A stretch of DNA of 64,000 nt from positions 608,001-672,000 of the forward strand of contig OY970218.1 of assembly GCA_963713975.1 (NCBI GenBank), read 5' to 3'. Position 1 is the stretch's first letter, and each line of letters starts with the position of its first letter. The position numbers and the translations under genes are program-made. Below are positions 11,011 through 21,210 of this stretch, piece by piece. The stretch comes from an uncultured Chloroflexia bacterium (GTDB lineage Bacteria > Chloroflexota > Limnocylindria > Limnocylindrales > CSP1-4). The notes under the pieces were generated by a model. It did not search any database, was not told the origin of the DNA, and worked only from the letters and a program-made list of their open reading frames with translations.

Positions 11011-11193
11011 GAAGGGGCGGCCGCCTGGAGAGCGGCGGGCGGATGGTCAGGGAACACCGCGCCCGGGAATGGAGCTGGAGGACACATCGCTTGGGGCTGC
11101 TGCCCGCAGCGGTGCGGTCACCTGCCCAGCGGGCCTATGCTTTGGACCACACGATCCAGCTCACTTCCCGCAGCCCTACGGAGACAGATTCCA

Positions 11194-12093
11194 ATGCGCA
11201 TCGGCTTCATCGGCCTCGGCCGGATGGGCGCGAACATGGTTCGCCGCCTGCTCCAGGACGACCACCAGATCGTCGCCTACAACCGGACGCCCGAGAGGAC
11301 GAGGGAGATTGCCAAGGAGGGCGCCGAGGCGGCCTTCTCGATCGCCGAGCTCGTCGCCAAGCTGGAGAAGCCGCGAGCGGTCTGGATCATGGTCCCGGCC
11401 GGGGACGCCACGGAGGCACAGATCGAGGACCTGCTCGAGCACCTCGAGCCCGGCGACACCATCATCGACGGCGGCAACACCAACTTCCACGACGATGTGC
11501 GACGCCAGAAGGCACTGGCCGAGAAGGGCATCGGCTACGTGGACGCGGGCACCAGCGGCGGCATCTGGGGCCTCACCGTGGGCTACGCACTGATGGTCGG
11601 CGGCGAGGACCGCGACGTGAAGCCGCTGGAGCCGGTCTTCCTCTCGCTGGCCCCGGAGGGTGGCTACCTGCACATCGGCGGTCCCGGCGCAGGACACTAC
11701 GTGAAGATGATCCACAACGGTATCGAGTACGGCCTGATGCAGGCCTACGCCGAGGGCTTCGAGATCATGCATGCCAGCGACTATCCGCTGGATCTGGGAG
11801 CGATCTCCGAGATGTGGATGCACGGGTCCGTGGTGCGCTCGTGGCTGCTGGAGCTGATGGTCCACGCGTTCAAGGCCAACGGTCAGGACCTGGACCACCT
11901 CAAAGGTTGGGTCGCGGACTCCGGCGAGGGGCGCTGGACGGTGCAGGAGGCGATCGACAAGGACGTCCCGGCGCCCGTCATCACGCTCTCCCTGCTCACC
12001 CGCTTCCGCTCCCGCCAGGACGACTCCTACAGCGCCAAGGTCCTGGCGGCACTCCGCAACGAGTTCGGGGGCCACGCGGTGAAGACCGAGTGA
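11194..12093 (+). CDS. gnd: 6-phosphogluconate dehydrogenase, decarboxylating (short type)
   Basis: GFIGLGRMG, DGGN, GTSGG, VKMIHNGIEYG, DSGEGRW, RNEFGGH. Confidence 0.95.
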   Translation: MRIGFIGLGRMGANMVRRLLQDDHQIVAYNRTPERTREIAKEGAEAAFSIAELVAKLEKPRAVWIMVPAGDATEAQIEDLLEHLEPGDTIIDGGNTNFHDDVRRQKALAEKGIGYVDAGTSGGIWGLTVGYALMVGGEDRDVKPLEPVFLSLAPEGGYLHIGGPGAGHYVKMIHNGIEYGLMQAYAEGFEIMHASDYPLDLGAISEMWMHGSVVRSWLLELMVHAFKANGQDLDHLKGWVADSGEGRWTVQEAIDKDVPAPVITLSLLTRFRSRQDDSYSAKVLAALRNEFGGHAVKTE

Positions 12094-12800
12094 CGATGGA
12101 CCTGGGCACGGCGATCGGGCGGCTCGAGGCCGCCGGCACTGAGCAGAACCGCAGGATCTACCGGCGCCACGGCGCTCGTGACCCACTGTTCGGCGTGTCG
12201 TTTGCCGTGATCGACAAGGTGGCCCGTGAGGCGAAGCGGGACCAGGCGCTCGCCGACGGCCTGTGGGCTACGGGCAACTACGACGCGCGCATCCTCGCCT
12301 GCAAGGTCTCGGACCCGGCCGTCGCGACGGAGGCGGACCTCGACCGCCGGCTGGCGGAGATCGACGTGTACGTGCTGGTGGACGTGTTCACCGGGTCGCT
12401 GGCCTCGCGGGTGATGGGCGTGCGCGAGCGTGCGGACCGGTGGACGGCGAGCGGGCGGGACTGGACGGCGCAGGCCGGCTGGGACCTGTACGGGCAGTTG
12501 GCCCTCCACGACACCACGCTCGACGACGGCTTCTTCCGAGACCTGCTGGCGCGGATCGAGGCGGGCATCGGTGGGGCCGGGAACCGGACGCGGCACTCAA
12601 TGAACGCCTGCCTGATCGCGATCGGCGGCCGCAACGAGGCTCTCCGAACGGCAGCCGAGGCCGCGGCCGGGCGCATCGGCACCGTCGTCGTGGACCATGG
12701 CGAAACCGGATGCCGGACACCTGCCGCGGCGCCCTACATCGCGAACATCTGGGCCCGCCGGCAGACACCGGCGACAGGGCGCACGTCCAAGGGGCAGTGA
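12090..12800 (+). CDS. DNA alkylation repair (AlkD-like HEAT-repeat) protein
   Basis: GTG overlapping the gnd stop (alternative ATG at 12096); LFGVSF, LWATGNYDARILA, MNACLIAIG, VDHGETGCRTP motifs. Confidence 0.75.
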   Translation: MTMDLGTAIGRLEAAGTEQNRRIYRRHGARDPLFGVSFAVIDKVAREAKRDQALADGLWATGNYDARILACKVSDPAVATEADLDRRLAEIDVYVLVDVFTGSLASRVMGVRERADRWTASGRDWTAQAGWDLYGQLALHDTTLDDGFFRDLLARIEAGIGGAGNRTRHSMNACLIAIGGRNEALRTAAEAAAGRIGTVVVDHGETGCRTPAAAPYIANIWARRQTPATGRTSKGQ

Positions 12801-14545
12801 TGGCGCAAACCACGGGCAAGGGACCGCTCAAGACGACGGAACCGGCCGCGAAGCCCGCGGCGCTCGCGCCGGCGAGGCCCGCGGCGCCCGCGCCGGCGAA
12901 GCCCGCGGCGCCCGCGCCGGCGAAACTCGCCGCCCCGGCCCGCAAGGACGCGCCGCGCACGATGCGCGACCTCCGGCTCGCCACCGAGTCCCGCCGCCGC
13001 GCCCCGTCGAGCCGGACGGCCGTGAACCCGCTGCGCGAGGGCCTGCGCCTCGAGCGCGTCCCGGATCCCGCGGCCTTCGTCCTGTTCGGCGCCACGGGCG
13101 ACCTCGCCCATCGCAAGGTCATCCCGGCGCTGTACCAACTGTGGCGCACCCACCTGCTGCCGCACGAGTTGACGATCCTCGCGATGGGGCGGCGGCCGTA
13201 TACGGACCAGGCGTTCCGCAAGGAGCTTCGGGAGTCGCTCGAGAAGTACTCGAGGGTCCAGCCGGTGGACCGCGAGACATGGGACGACCTCGCGGAGCGG
13301 ATCGTCTACCACCGCGGCGACTTCGCGGACCCGGCAACCTACCAGGAGCTGTCGGACCGACTCGACCTCCTGGACGTGGAACGGGGCACCCGTGGCAACC
13401 GCATCTTCTACCTGGCCACGCAGCCGTCCGCCTTTGCGGAGGTCGTCGCCCAGCTCGGGCGCGTCGGCCTGGACCACGAGCGCGTCGACGGGGGCTGGCG
13501 GCGGATCATCATCGAGAAGCCGTTTGGACGTGATCTCGGCTCCGCGATCCGCCTCAATCGCGAGGTGGGCAAGGTCTTCCGGGAGCGACAGGTCTACCGC
13601 ATCGACCACTACCTGGGCAAGGAGACCGTCCGCAACCTGCTGGTCTTCCGGTTCGGCAATGGGATCTTCGAGCCCATCTGGAACCGCCGCCACATCGACC
13701 ACGTGCAGATCACCGTCGCCGAGTCGATCGGGATCGAGGGCCGGGGCGCATTCTACGAGGAGACCGGCGCCAGTCGCGACTTCCTCCAGAACCACCTCCT
13801 CCAGCTGCTGAGCCTGGTGGCGATGGAGCCGCCGGCAACCTTCGAGGCGGACGCGCTACGCGACGAGAAGGTCAAGGTCCTGCGAGCGATCCCGGAGTTC
13901 ACCACGGAACAGGTGGCGCGGGACGTCGTGCGCGGGCAGTACGGTCCCGGCTGGGTGTCGGCCAAGCCGGTCGCGGGCTACCGCGACGAACCGGAGGTGG
14001 ACCCGGCATCCGAGACGGAGACCTACGTCGCCGCGAGGCTGACCGTCGACGACTGGCGCTGGTCCGACGTCCCGTTCTACCTGCGCATGGGCAAGCGCCT
14101 GCCCAAGCGCGCCACCGAGATCGCGATCCAGTTCAAGGAGGTCCCGCACCAACTGTTCCGGGACAGCGCGGCGGAGCCGGAGGCCAATCTGCTCGCCATG
14201 CGGATCCAGCCCGACGAGGGGATCATGCTGCGCTTCGGCGCCAAGGTCCCGGGCCTCGGCATCGACGTCCGGAACGTCACGATGGACTTCACGTATGGCT
14301 CAGCGTTCCAGACGGACAGCCCCGACGCCTACGAGACGCTGATCCTCGACGCCCTCCTGGGCGATGCCTCGCTGTTCACCCGGGCGGACGAGGTGGAAGA
14401 GGCGTGGTCCATCGTGGACCCGATCATCACCGCCTGGGCGGAGCAGCCCGCGCCCGGGTTCCCCAACTACGATGCCGGCTCCTGGGGCCCGGAGGTCGCC
14501 GACGACCTGCTCGCCCACGAGGGCCGGCGCTGGCGGAGGATCTGA
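12800..14545 (+). CDS. zwf: glucose-6-phosphate 1-dehydrogenase with Ala/Pro-rich N-terminal extension
   Basis: FGATGDLA, IEKPFG, RIDHYLGKE, QNHLLQ, AYETLI motifs. Confidence 0.97.
   Translation: MAQTTGKGPLKTTEPAAKPAALAPARPAAPAPAKPAAPAPAKLAAPARKDAPRTMRDLRLATESRRRAPSSRTAVNPLREGLRLERVPDPAAFVLFGATGDLAHRKVIPALYQLWRTHLLPHELTILAMGRRPYTDQAFRKELRESLEKYSRVQPVDRETWDDLAERIVYHRGDFADPATYQELSDRLDLLDVERGTRGNRIFYLATQPSAFAEVVAQLGRVGLDHERVDGGWRRIIIEKPFGRDLGSAIRLNREVGKVFRERQVYRIDHYLGKETVRNLLVFRFGNGIFEPIWNRRHIDHVQITVAESIGIEGRGAFYEETGASRDFLQNHLLQLLSLVAMEPPATFEADALRDEKVKVLRAIPEFTTEQVARDVVRGQYGPGWVSAKPVAGYRDEPEVDPASETETYVAARLTVDDWRWSDVPFYLRMGKRLPKRATEIAIQFKEVPHQLFRDSAAEPEANLLAMRIQPDEGIMLRFGAKVPGLGIDVRNVTMDFTYGSAFQTDSPDAYETLILDALLGDASLFTRADEVEEAWSIVDPIITAWAEQPAPGFPNYDAGSWGPEVADDLLAHEGRRWRRI
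12851..12940 (+). repeat. 24-bp in-frame tandem repeat (three units plus a partial) encoding (K/R)PAAPAPA in the Zwf N-terminus
   Basis: aagcccgcggcgctcgcgccggcg / aggcccgcggcgcccgcgccggcg / aagcccgcggcgcccgcgccggcg / aaactcgccgcc... Confidence 0.85.
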
Positions 14546-14547
14546 CC

Positions 14548-15831
14548 GTGGGCACCGGTGAGGGCGCTGGCAACGGCGGGCGCGTGGCCCTCATCGAGCC
14601 GCCCATCCCCGGAGAGCCGGCGATGCGCTGGATGTCCCATGCGGACACCATCGAGGGCATCGAGCAGGAGCTGGGGCGCATCTGGGCGCAGCCGGACCTG
14701 ATGGTGCACATCGAGGGCGACCACGTCGGACGCCACATCGCGGCGCGGACGTCGGTGATGAACCTCGTCGTGATCGCGCGCCAGCCGGAGTTGGGCGAGC
14801 GCTCGGCGGAGATCATCTCGCGCCTGACAGGACGTCACCCGTCGCGGACGCTCATCGTGCTGTCGGCGGACCCGGATGGTCCCCCATGGCTGGACGCCCG
14901 GATCCAGGCCCACTGCGTCCTGCCGCGGGCCGACGCTCCGGAGACCTGCTCGGAGCTGATCTTCCTGACCGCGGGCGGTGAGACCGGTCGCCACCTCTCG
15001 GCGCTGGTGGCACCACTGCTCATCCACGATCTGCCAGTGACCGTCTGGTGGCCCGGCGAACCACCGCTGGGCTCGGATCCCGCCGACGATCTGCTCGACA
15101 GCACGGACCGACTGGTGGTGGACGGCTCGACCTGGTCCGGCGATGGGCTGGCCCGGCTGCGCCAGTTGGCCGCGCTCTACGACCGGTTCGACCGGCTGTC
15201 CGTCCGCGACTTCGCGCTCGTCCGCCAGTCCCGCTGGCGCGAGGCGATCGCCACCTTGTTCGACCTGCCCGATCTCCGGCCGTACCTGACCCACATCAAG
15301 CGGATCTCGGTGACCTACGCGGCCGGTGGCGAGACGGGGGAGCCGGGCTCCACGAACCTGGTCAAGCCGCTGTACCACGTGGCGTGGCTCGCATCACGAC
15401 TGGGCATGACGGTCGCATCGCCGCTGACGCCCGTGGAGCCGCGCGGCCGGTCGGCGCCAGCACGGACGAGACCCGGCGAGAAGCCGCCGCTCCACCGCGG
15501 GCTCGCCGCGCGTCTCCGGGACCGGTCGTCAGACGTCTCGGTGGTGATCCGGCCGATTGCCTCACCCATGCCGCCCGGGACGACGCTGCGCGTGGAGCTC
15601 CTCGCAGAGCGGCGCGGTAGCGAGTTGCGCGCCGACGTGACTGCGGAGCAGGAGAACGTCCACGTGCACACCTGGCTCGACGGCATCCAGGCGATGGACC
15701 GCACGTTCAAGGCTCCACGCCGGAACGACGTCGACCTCCTGTCCGAGGCGCTCGAGGTCGGCAGGCCCGACCCGGTCGCTGTAGGGACGGCGCGGATGGC
15801 TGCGGCACTGATCGGGGAGGTACCGGGGTGA
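14548..15831 (+). CDS. opcA: G6PDH assembly protein OpcA
   Basis: follows zwf; HPSRTL, PLLIHDLPVTVWWPG, DRLVVD, WREAIATLFD motifs; start uncertain. Confidence 0.85.
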   Translation: MGTGEGAGNGGRVALIEPPIPGEPAMRWMSHADTIEGIEQELGRIWAQPDLMVHIEGDHVGRHIAARTSVMNLVVIARQPELGERSAEIISRLTGRHPSRTLIVLSADPDGPPWLDARIQAHCVLPRADAPETCSELIFLTAGGETGRHLSALVAPLLIHDLPVTVWWPGEPPLGSDPADDLLDSTDRLVVDGSTWSGDGLARLRQLAALYDRFDRLSVRDFALVRQSRWREAIATLFDLPDLRPYLTHIKRISVTYAAGGETGEPGSTNLVKPLYHVAWLASRLGMTVASPLTPVEPRGRSAPARTRPGEKPPLHRGLAARLRDRSSDVSVVIRPIASPMPPGTTLRVELLAERRGSELRADVTAEQENVHVHTWLDGIQAMDRTFKAPRRNDVDLLSEALEVGRPDPVAVGTARMAAALIGEVPG

Positions 15832-16607
15832 GCGGCGAAACTCCGGAACTGCCCAGGCTCGTGGTGCTCCCCGCAGACGCCGTCCCGGGAGCTGCCGCGG
15901 CCGAGATCGTGCGAGCCCTGGCGGCGGCGATCGAGGCACGCGGCGTCGCGCACTGGGCGACCACCGGCGGGTCGGCGGCCCCGGGCATCTACCGGGCGCT
16001 GCGAGTGCCGCCACTGCGGGACGCCGTGGACTGGTCGCGCATCCACACCTGGTGGGGCGACGACCGGTTCGTGCCGCCGGACGACCCCCTGTCGAACGTG
16101 CTGCCGTTCCAGGACCTGCTCCTCGGCGAGGACGGGCTGGATGTCCCGCGCGACCGCTGGCATCCGATCCCGGTCGCGGAGGCCCTGGCCCGGGGCGAGG
16201 GTCCCGCATGGGCCGCGGCTCGCTGTGCCGAGACGCTGGCCGGGCTCGCCCCGGCCACGGCCGCGGGCATGCCGATCCTGGACCTCGTGATCCTGGGCGT
16301 GGGGCCGGATGGGCACATCCTGTCGGTGTTCCCGGGATCTGCCGCCTGGGACTCGGCCGCGACCTGCGTCGCCGTCCCGGCACCGACGCACATCGAGCCC
16401 CGCGTGGGGCGCGTGACGATGAACCCGGGCGTGGTCACCGCCGCGCGCGAGGTGCTGGTCGTGGCCGCCGGTTCGTCCAAGGCCGCGAACCTCGGCCGGG
16501 CCTGGTCCGGGGACGACGTCCGCGAGCTGCCGGTGCGTGCCGCGCGTCTCGGCACGGCGACCTGGATCCTGGACGAGGCGGCGGCGGCCCAGTTGCCGCG
16601 GGGCTGA
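15828..16607 (+). CDS. pgl: 6-phosphogluconolactonase
   Basis: TGGS, WWGDDRFVP..D..SN, LGVGPDGHILSVFP motifs. Confidence 0.93.
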   Translation: MSGETPELPRLVVLPADAVPGAAAAEIVRALAAAIEARGVAHWATTGGSAAPGIYRALRVPPLRDAVDWSRIHTWWGDDRFVPPDDPLSNVLPFQDLLLGEDGLDVPRDRWHPIPVAEALARGEGPAWAAARCAETLAGLAPATAAGMPILDLVILGVGPDGHILSVFPGSAAWDSAATCVAVPAPTHIEPRVGRVTMNPGVVTAAREVLVVAAGSSKAANLGRAWSGDDVRELPVRAARLGTATWILDEAAAAQLPRG

Positions 16608-16664
16608 TCACGGAAGGTCAGTCCCGGTCAGCCATGAGCCTCGAGTGCCGGATTCCCACCGCCT

Positions 16665-17915
16665 TCAACCTGCCCGAAGCGCGTCCGTCGGGGGCACGTT
16701 CGCGGCCCTGATCGCCGGGTAGAGCCCCGCAATCGACCCGACCAGGAGCGTCGCCCCGAACCCGATTGCGACGGCTGGCACGGAGACCACGACCGGCCAG
16801 CCCTGGCTGGTGGCATAGGCGGCACCGATCGCCAACCCCACCGTGACACCCAGCACGCCGCCGGTGGCCGCGAGCAGGAGTGCCTCGCCGAAGAACTGGC
16901 CGGCGATCGCACCACGTGTGGCCCCCAGTGCCCGCCGCAGGCCGATCTCCGGCCGACGCTCCAGCACCGTCATCAGCATCACGTTGGCGATCCCGAGGGC
17001 CGCCACGCCGAGCGCCACGGCCGCCAGGCCCAGGAACAACGTGGTGAATGTCGTTGCCGCGGCCGCCCGTGCCTCGATCGCATCCGATGGACGCTCCACG
17101 TTGACCGTCTCGGGGTTCCGGGGGTTGGCGGTGGCCCCAAGGACCGCCCGCACCTCGTCGACCCTGGCCGGATCCACGCGGATGTAGACCGTCGATGGCG
17201 CGATGTCCGCCTCCAGCCAGGTCTCCGCGGCATCTCGGCCGATCAGTGCCGCCCGGTCCAGCTCCGGGGCGAGCGGCAGCGAGTCCAGGATGCCGAGGAC
17301 CGTGAACCAGCGGCCCGCGATCCACACCTGCACGGGCTCGTCGAGGTCCACGATGCCGAGCCGCTCGGCGGCCACCGAGCCCAGCACGACAGCCGGGTAT
17401 CGCTCCACGGCCGCGTCCAGGAAGCGGCCCGTCCGGACGGTGCCGCCCAGGGTCTCGAGGAGCGAGTGGTCAACGGCCTGAACGGAGAGGCCGTTGGTCT
17501 CGCTACGGCTGATGAGATCGGTCCGGCGGACCGACGTGTCGAGGATCGTCGCGGCGCTCGCCGCCTGCACCGGGCGGATCCGCCGGATCATCCCGAGCGC
17601 CTCGTCGGGGAGGGCGGTGTCGTCGCCCATGAAGGACTGGCCCGGGGAGGCTGTGAGCATGTTGGTGCCCAACCGGTCGAGGACGGCCAGGAGCGAGGCC
17701 CGGCTGCTGTCCGAGATGGCGAGGACCGCGACCATCGCTGCGATCCCGATGGCGATACCCACCGCGGTGAGCGAGGAGCGCAGCCTGCGGGACGCCAGGC
17801 CCCGACCTGCGATCCGGGCGATCCCGCCGGGCCCCGGCCCGCGCGGATCGGGGATGGACTCGCCGCGGGACCGCCCGGCAGCCTCGCTCGCGCCGCTCAC
17901 GCGGGCCGCCGTCAC
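16665..17915 (-). CDS. MacB/FtsX-family ABC permease
   Basis: [48 protein letters not shown]. Confidence 0.92.
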   Translation of the reverse strand: MTAARVSGASEAAGRSRGESIPDPRGPGPGGIARIAGRGLASRRLRSSLTAVGIAIGIAAMVAVLAISDSSRASLLAVLDRLGTNMLTASPGQSFMGDDTALPDEALGMIRRIRPVQAASAATILDTSVRRTDLISRSETNGLSVQAVDHSLLETLGGTVRTGRFLDAAVERYPAVVLGSVAAERLGIVDLDEPVQVWIAGRWFTVLGILDSLPLAPELDRAALIGRDAAETWLEADIAPSTVYIRVDPARVDEVRAVLGATANPRNPETVNVERPSDAIEARAAAATTFTTLFLGLAAVALGVAALGIANVMLMTVLERRPEIGLRRALGATRGAIAGQFFGEALLLAATGGVLGVTVGLAIGAAYATSQGWPVVVSVPAVAIGFGATLLVGSIAGLYPAIRAANVPPTDALRAG

Positions 17916-18619
17916 GCCGGCACCCCGGGCATGCGCCCGTCGGCGGTGATCCGCCCGTCGTGCAGCTCCACGCGGCGTGGCAGCGCCGCCGCAAGATCGC
18001 GGTCGTGCGTGATGAGGGCGATGGTGGCCCCGTCACTCGCGTTGAGGTCGCGCATCAGGTCCACGAGTGCCGCGCCGGTGACTGAGTCCAGGTTCCCGGT
18101 GGGCTCGTCGGCGAGGATGATCGCCGGGCGGCCAACGAGGGCACGCGCGATGGCAACGCGCTGACGCTCGCCCCCTGAGAGCTGGCCCGGGCGGTGTCGA
18201 GCGCGGCCTGCCAGGCCAACGCGATCCAGCGCGGCCTCGGCCGCCAGGCGCCGGTCCTTCGCCGGCACGCCGCGGTAGAGGAGGCCGTCGGCCACGTTGT
18301 CCAGCGCGGACTCGCCATCGAGCAGGTGGAAGTGCTGGAAGACGAAGCCGATGCGCCAGGCCCGCAGGGCAGACAGCCGCCGGTCCGACAGGCGGTCGAC
18401 ATGCTCGCCGGCGACGAGGACGTCCCCCGACGTCGCCCGATCCAGGGTGCCGATGACGTTGAGAAGCGTGGTCTTGCCGGATCCCGACGGGCCGACGATC
18501 GCGAGCAGCTCGCCGGCATCGATCGCGAGATCCACGTCCGTCAGGGCATCAACCGGCGGCTCGCCCGGGTAGCGCCGGCCGACACCGCGCAGCTCGATGA
18601 CCCGGTCCGGGGCTGTCAT
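17912..18619 (-). CDS. LolD/MacB-type ABC ATPase
   Basis: [39 protein letters not shown]. Confidence 0.93.
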   Translation of the reverse strand: MTAPDRVIELRGVGRRYPGEPPVDALTDVDLAIDAGELLAIVGPSGSGKTTLLNVIGTLDRATSGDVLVAGEHVDRLSDRRLSALRAWRIGFVFQHFHLLDGESALDNVADGLLYRGVPAKDRRLAAEAALDRVGLAGRARHRPGQLSGGERQRVAIARALVGRPAIILADEPTGNLDSVTGAALVDLMRDLNASDGATIALITHDRDLAAALPRRVELHDGRITADGRMPGVPA

Positions 18620-19698
18620 CGCGGCACGACCACGAGGTCGCCCGCCGCAAGGCCGTCGCCGACCACCTCGACCATGCCGTCCTGGAACAGGCCCGTCTCC
18701 ACGCCGACATATCGATTCGCGCCGTCGGCTCCGACCACCTCAACGGCGTAGCCGCCCTCGAGCAGCGCGACCAGCGCATTGACCGGAACCGCCAGCACGT
18801 CGGGATGGCTCTCGGTCACGACGTGCACGGTCACCGGCGCCGCGTCCAGGTCTGGCAGGGTCGCCCCGGGGTCGATGTCGATCGTCACCGGGACGGTTGG
18901 CGCGGCCCCGTTCTCGCCCGCGGTGGCCACCCGGCCGATGGAGCGGACGTGCCCCGGCACCACGGAGTCGTCGGGCAGGTCGATCGTCACGGCCTGGCCG
19001 GGCACCACGAGGTCCTGCCGGCTGGCGGACAGGTCGAGGGTCACGATGCGCGTGGCCGTCGTCGTCCCGAGAATCTGGGCACCCGGCGCGACCGCATCGC
19101 CCACCGCGGCCCCGTGCGACGCAACCCGGACCGCTCCGGGGAGGAACGCCAGGTCCGCGCCATCCAGCGTGGCGTCCTGCCTGTGACCGGCCGCCTTCTG
19201 CCAGCGCTTGACCGCGGCCGTCGTCCTGGCGTCCCAGTGGCGGTTCACCTTCATGCCCTTGGGGGCATACCCCATGGCCTTGAGGTTCTGCTCCAGCTGG
19301 AGGACGTCGGCGCCGTCGGAGACCTTGGGGCCGAGGGGCCGCCACAGCGGGCGATCGCCGTAGAGGAGCCGCGGTCGGACGCGCCCGTCGAGCTCGTACA
19401 GGACGCCGCCTCGCTCGATGACGGCTCCCTCCAAGGGCAGGCGGGTCACGGTCCCCGCGCTGCCGGCGGCCACCGGCCGCGACGCCTCATAGGCCAGGCT
19501 GCCGGTGAGGTCGGCTGCGGTCTTCATCGTCCGCTGCACCACGGGGGCCGAGGTGAGGTCTGCCGCCGATGGCGCCGGCGGCGGGGACGTCCCCGCTCCC
19601 CCGCCCATCGGCCCCGGCAGCGAGCCGGACGCCACGCCGATGGCGCCCGCGCCGACCACGAGCACGAGACCGGCGCCGGCGATCAGCGAGCCCCTCAT
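18616..19698 (-). CDS. efflux adaptor (MFP-like) with peptidoglycan-binding domain
   Basis: N-terminal [24 protein letters not shown]-binding motif, [20 protein letters not shown]. Confidence 0.85.
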   Translation of the reverse strand: MRGSLIAGAGLVLVVGAGAIGVASGSLPGPMGGGAGTSPPPAPSAADLTSAPVVQRTMKTAADLTGSLAYEASRPVAAGSAGTVTRLPLEGAVIERGGVLYELDGRVRPRLLYGDRPLWRPLGPKVSDGADVLQLEQNLKAMGYAPKGMKVNRHWDARTTAAVKRWQKAAGHRQDATLDGADLAFLPGAVRVASHGAAVGDAVAPGAQILGTTTATRIVTLDLSASRQDLVVPGQAVTIDLPDDSVVPGHVRSIGRVATAGENGAAPTVPVTIDIDPGATLPDLDAAPVTVHVVTESHPDVLAVPVNALVALLEGGYAVEVVGADGANRYVGVETGLFQDGMVEVVGDGLAAGDLVVVPR

Positions 19699-20366
19699 GG
19701 CTTGACCTCGATCACGGGACCGACTGCGCCCGACGAGCCCGAGCCGCCAACCACGGACGGAGCGCCGCCGGGCAGCTCCTTGCTGCAGGCATCCTGCGCA
19801 TCCAGGAAGACCTTCGATGTGGGATCGATGGCGCCGGCCTCGCCGACGCCCGCTGTGACCGTGACGCCTCCGCCCGAGAACTCCGGATCCGGGAAGTCCA
19901 CGTCATGGTCTCGCATGCACTGGGCGAACTTGAGCAGCTGGTCTGCGAATGCCGGGTCCATCGTGGCGTTCGGATCGCCGAGCATGCCGCCGGCCGGCAG
20001 GAAGTCTCGGCAGGCCTTGTCGGCCTCCTCCATCGCCTTCGGGTCGGACGCGCCGGTGAGCGGCTGGACCTCGGCGCCCGCGTCGGGGCCACCCCCGATC
20101 TGGACGCCCGCGCCACCGGCGCCAACCGAGCTCTGGGCGACCTGGATGTCGACGCCGTGCTCCTTCATGCACTTTGTGAAGGCGATCATCGCCTCCTCGG
20201 GATCGATCGAGGCCGCGGGTGCGGCCGACCCACCCGGACCGGCGGACGGGCTGGCGAGGCTGACCACGCCGTCGTTCGAGGCGGCCCCGCCGCAGGCCGC
20301 GACGCCGATGGCCATCGCGAGGGCGAGCGCCCCGGTCCGGCCGAGGAAGGAAGGCTGCAGGTTCAT
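19695..20366 (-). CDS. secreted lipoprotein with duplicated Cys-containing helical repeat
   Basis: lipobox VAAC; two FxKCMxxHGVD-like repeats, each followed by AxxAC. Confidence 0.75.
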   Translation of the reverse strand: MNLQPSFLGRTGALALAMAIGVAACGGAASNDGVVSLASPSAGPGGSAAPAASIDPEEAMIAFTKCMKEHGVDIQVAQSSVGAGGAGVQIGGGPDAGAEVQPLTGASDPKAMEEADKACRDFLPAGGMLGDPNATMDPAFADQLLKFAQCMRDHDVDFPDPEFSGGGVTVTAGVGEAGAIDPTSKVFLDAQDACSKELPGGAPSVVGGSGSSGAVGPVIEVKP

Positions 20367-20468
20367 CGGGGATGCTCCGTGACGGATCGCTGGATCGGGA
20401 GCGGGCCGGTGTCGGTGGCCCGGGTCGCGGTGAGTAACGGTCGCCGCGTCCGGTGCCCACCGTCGCGC

Positions 20469-20512
20469 AGGACGATCAAAGGACCGTCAAGATGGCTTTC
20501 AGAAACCTTTGA
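20469..20512. promoter_or_regulatory. 11-bp-periodic tandem boxes, putative OmpR/PhoB-family binding site
   Basis: aggacgatcaa-aggaccgtcaa-gatggctttca-gaaacctttga between the divergent lipoprotein operon and the response regulator. Confidence 0.55.
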
Positions 20513-20535
20513 TCCGCAACCGGTACACAGGACCC

Positions 20536-21210
20536 ATGCACCTCCTGCTCGTCGAGGACGATTCGCGGCTGGCCGATCTCGTCGCCCGCCTCCTGGGTGG
20601 CGAGCGCCACCTCGTCGAGCGCGCCGCCGACGGGACCACCGCCCTGGAGATGGCCGAAGCGCCTGGCCTCGACGCGATCGTGCTCGACGTGGGTCTGCCG
20701 GACATGTCCGGTCTCGAGGTTGCCCGCCGGCTGCGGGCCCGCGGCTCCGTGGTCCCGATCCTCATGCTCACGGCGCGCGACTCCGTGGCGGACCGTGTCG
20801 CGGGCCTGGACGCGGGCGCCGACGACTACCTGGTGAAGCCGTTTGCCGTCGAGGAGCTGTCAGCGCGTGTCCGGGCGCTCGGGAGGCGGGTCCGTCCGGG
20901 CGCGGGGATTGCAGGTCCATCGCTTGCGTCAGGCCCGATCTCCCTGGACGAGGCGAGTCGCCTGGTCGCAGTCGACGGTATGCGGGTTGACCTGAGCCCG
21001 CGCGAGTTCGCCCTCCTCGAGTGCCTCCTTCGGCATCGCGGCCAGGTGCTGACTCGAGACCAGCTGCTGGACCACGCATGGCCGTACGACTCCGAGGTGG
21101 ATCCTGCGATCGTGGACACCTACGTCTACTTCCTGCGGCGAAAGCTCGGGCCGGCGGGCGGCGGGTGCATCGAGACCGTGCGCGGCACGGGCTACCGAGT
21201 GGCGGCATGA
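20536..21210 (+). CDS. OmpR/PhoB-family response regulator
   Basis: LLVEDD, LDVGLP, LTARD, GADDYLVKPF, ETVRGTGY. Confidence 0.93.
   Translation: MHLLLVEDDSRLADLVARLLGGERHLVERAADGTTALEMAEAPGLDAIVLDVGLPDMSGLEVARRLRARGSVVPILMLTARDSVADRVAGLDAGADDYLVKPFAVEELSARVRALGRRVRPGAGIAGPSLASGPISLDEASRLVAVDGMRVDLSPREFALLECLLRHRGQVLTRDQLLDHAWPYDSEVDPAIVDTYVYFLRRKLGPAGGGCIETVRGTGYRVAA

Noticed and set aside
10743-12800. 685-aa ORF spanning gnd
   Set aside because: Only the part from ~12090 looks like a real protein; the rest is an off-frame overlap with gnd.
12851-12940. CRISPR-like repeat
   Set aside because: Units are contiguous, in-frame and have no spacers; no cas genes are present.
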